This document shows positions 61,060 to 64,000 of a DNA stretch of 64,000 bases, piece after piece. The notes beneath the pieces are model-generated. The model was given only the letters and a program-made list of their open reading frames with translations. It was not told the origin of the DNA and made no database searches. The DNA lies in the NCBI GenBank assembly GCA_043228905.1, contig JBHGNT010000022.1:3720001-3784000 (forward strand). The letters run 5' to 3'. The first letter of the stretch is position 1; each line of letters starts with the position of its first letter. The stretch comes from Azolla caroliniana (lineage: Eukaryota; Plantae; Polypodiophyta). A program made the position numbers and the translations under genes.

Positions 61060-64000
61060 CGGAAGGGAACGACGGCAATCGTGGCAAGTGAAGAAGAGCT
61101 GATGCTCATCACCAAGGAGAGTGAGCTAAGCCTTGCCGGCGATGAGATGACCTGGGTGGTAGACTCCGGAGCGTCGTTCCACCTTACCCCGGACCGGAAA
61201 TGCTTCTCATTCTACTCAACCGGTGATCACTGCTGTGTCCGGATGGGGAATGAAGGTACATGCCGAATTGTCGGCATAGGGAACGTGTGGCTGACAACAC
61301 CAACCGGATGCAAGTTGCTGCTGAAGGATGTCCGACACGTTCCGGAGGTTCATCTGAACCTGATATCAGCCGATCGGCTAGATGATGAAGGCTACACGGG
61401 TAGCATCCGGAACGGTGTCATGAAATTCAGCAAAGGGAGCCTGATTGTGGCTCGGGCCCGTAAGGTCAACACACTGTACCTGATGAATGGCCGGTTATGT
61501 CCAAAGGAGGTGAATGTGGCATCCGACACTACCGGTGAGCTGTGGCACAAAAGGTTGTGTCACATGAGCGAGAAGGGGATGAAGAGGCTTGCAGACGACA
61601 ACCTCATTCCAGTGAAGAACGTGCACTTGGAGAAGTGCACTGATTGTCTGGCCGGTAAGCAAAACCGGACCTCTTTCCGACCAAGGCCACCGAGGAGACG
61701 TAATGCACCACTGGAGTTGGTGCATACGGATGTGTGTCAAGTAGACACGAAGTCACATGCCGGAGCGCAGTACTTCATGATGTTCATAGATGACCACAGC
61801 CGGAATCTGTGGGCCACACCGTTGAAGACGAAGGATCAGGTGTTATCCGTCTTTAAAGAGCTCCACGCGAGAGTGGAAAGAGAAACCGGTCGGAAGCTGA
61901 AGGCGGTTCGAGCAGATAACGGAGGAGAATACCGGGGGCAGTTCGAGGAGTACTACCGCTCGAAGGGAATCCGGCTCGAATTTACCGTGCCGAAGACGCC
62001 GGAACTAAACGGACTGGCCGAGAGGTTGAACCCGACCATAATGGAGAGGGTCCGGAGTATGCTAGCGCATGCAAAACTACCCAAGAAGTTTTGGGCTGAG
62101 GCATTGTCGACGGCGACATACGTGATAAACAGATCACCCTCAGTACCCTTGGACGGAGACACGCCACAGAGAGTGTGGACCGGTAAGGAAGTATCCTACC
62201 AGCATCTGAAGGTGTTCGGGTGTCTTGCGTACGTGCATGTAGCTAAGGACCGGAGAGGAAAGTTAGATCCAAAGACCCGGCCATGCATATTCCTCGGTTA
62301 CGGTGACGATGAGTTCGGCTACCGAGTGTGGGACCTGGTCGACAAGAAGGTATTCCGGAGTCGAGATATTATCTTCATGGAGGACAAGACGCTCGCCGAT
62401 TGGGAGTCGGAGAAGAAGATAATGAACTCCGAGTCGACCGGTAAGGATCGACTCTACGATGAGCAAACCCAACCGGCAAGAGACCGGTTAGCACTCGAGG
62501 GACCAGCCGGTTACGGTGAGGATACCGAACAGACTGAAGAAGAAGTAGAGGAAGCTGAAACCGGAACCGGCCAAGACCCCGAATCAAATTCGGATGCAGA
62601 GCAAATAGAGGAGCCGGTTACCGAAGCCCAGAGACGGAGATATCCTCTAAGAGAAAGAAGGGCCCCCCGGAGATTTGCGGATGGAGAGCATGTGCTGCTA
62701 ACCGATGAGGGGGAGCCGGAAAGCTTCCAAGAAGTGAAGGATGACACCCACAGCCGAAAATGGTTAAGTGCCATGCAGGACGAGGTGGATTCCCTACATG
62801 AGAACCATACGTACGAATTGGTGGAGTTGCCGAAAGGAAAGCGGGCACTCCGAAACAAGTGGGTGTACAAGTTGAAACTGGGAGATGCCGACAAACCCCC
62901 GAGATACAAAGCCGGGATCGTGGTGAAGGGGTTCCAGCAGAAGAAGGGCATGGACTTCGACGAGATATTTGCCCCGATAGTAAAGATGACCTCCATCCGG
63001 ACGGTGCTGAGTATAGCGGCAAGCATGGACCTCGAGGTAGAGCAACTAGACGTGAAGACGGCATTCCTTCACGGCGACCTCGAAGAGGAGATCTACATGC
63101 AGCAACCGGAAGGATTCGTGGATAAAGGGAAGGAGCACCTGGTATGCCGGTTGAAGAAGAGCCTCTACGGGTTGAAGCAGGCCCCTCGACAATGGTACCG
63201 GAAGTTCGACTCCTTCATGGCCGATCAAGGGTACCGCAAGACGCAGGCCGATCACTACGTGTTTGGGAAGAAGTTTGAAGGAGGCAACTTCCTAATACTC
63301 CTTCTTTATGTGGACGACATGTTGATCGTCGAACGGGACCAAGTCAAAATACGGATGCTGAAGAAGGCTCTCAACCGGACCTTCTCAATGAAAGACTTGG
63401 GTCCGGCAAGACAGATGTTGGGGATGCACATCACTTGGGACCGGTCAACGAAGCAATTATGGCTGTCACAGGAGAAGTACGTGACAAAGGTGCTTCACCT
63501 GTTCAACATGTCAAATGCGAAACCGGTCGGATCGACACTTCCGGCAAACTGCAAGTTATCCGGTAAGCAAAGCCCAAAGACGAAAGTAGAGAAGGCGGAT
63601 ATGATGAAGATTCCATATGCCTCTGCCGTCGGGAGCTTGATGTACGCAATGGTTTGTACCAGACCGGATATAGGATACGCAGTCGGAGTGGTGAGCCGGT
63701 TTATGAGCAATCCCGGCAAGGAGCACTGGAACGCGGTCAAATGGATACTCCGGTATTTGAAGGGCACTTCAGATATGTGTCTCCGATTCGGCTCCGGAAA
63801 ACCTCAACTTGACGGTTTCACCGATTCGGACATGTCGGCTGATGTGGATACCAGCCGGTCCACATCCGGGTATGTAATGACATATGCAGGGGGAGCTGTT
63901 TCATGGCAGTCGAGGCTGCAGAAGACGGTTGTGTTAACCACGGAGGCGGAGTACATGGCGGCTGTGAAAACCGGCAAGGAAATATTATGGATGAAGGACT
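61060..64000 (+). CDS. Copia pol (PR-INT-RT-RH), open frame running off the window
   Basis: Same frame at 61060 and 63961 with no stop seen; WVVDSGASFH, LVHTDVC, DNGGEY, QLDVKTAFLHG, YGLKQAPRQW, LYVDD, GFTDSD. Confidence 0.9.

Larger units (their letters stand above)
54165..64000 (+). mobile_element. Ty1/Copia element C7 (C1 family), runs off the window, interrupted by element N2
   Basis: LTR 54165-55382, PBS 55385-55396, gag 55412-56236, pol 61060 to window end. Confidence 0.95.

Overview
Eukaryotic nuclear DNA from a land plant, probably seed-free such as a fern (inferred from the retroelement sequence types). Most of the window is nested LTR retrotransposons around one intact host gene, a two-exon DUF1635-type gene at 39328-41293. 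I resolved four members of an unusual Ty3/Gypsy family with a tRNA-Trp PBS, TGTCG..CGACA ends, 4-bp CpG-centred TSDs and a conserved -1 frameshift slippery site plus pseudoknot between protease and RT. Also present: a young chromovirus with a chromodomain, a Tcn1-like fragment, several Ty1/Copia copies (one intact apart from a nested insertion), two non-autonomous LTR elements (one gag-only, one filled by a single 660-codon coiled-coil ORF), a LINE fragment, a degenerate tandem tRNA-Arg array, tRNA-like A/B-box cassettes inside two unrelated LTRs, and a compact decayed three-ORF cluster (gag-like, FCP1/NIF-like, transposase-like). All family assignments come from motif recognition by eye; no searches were run.
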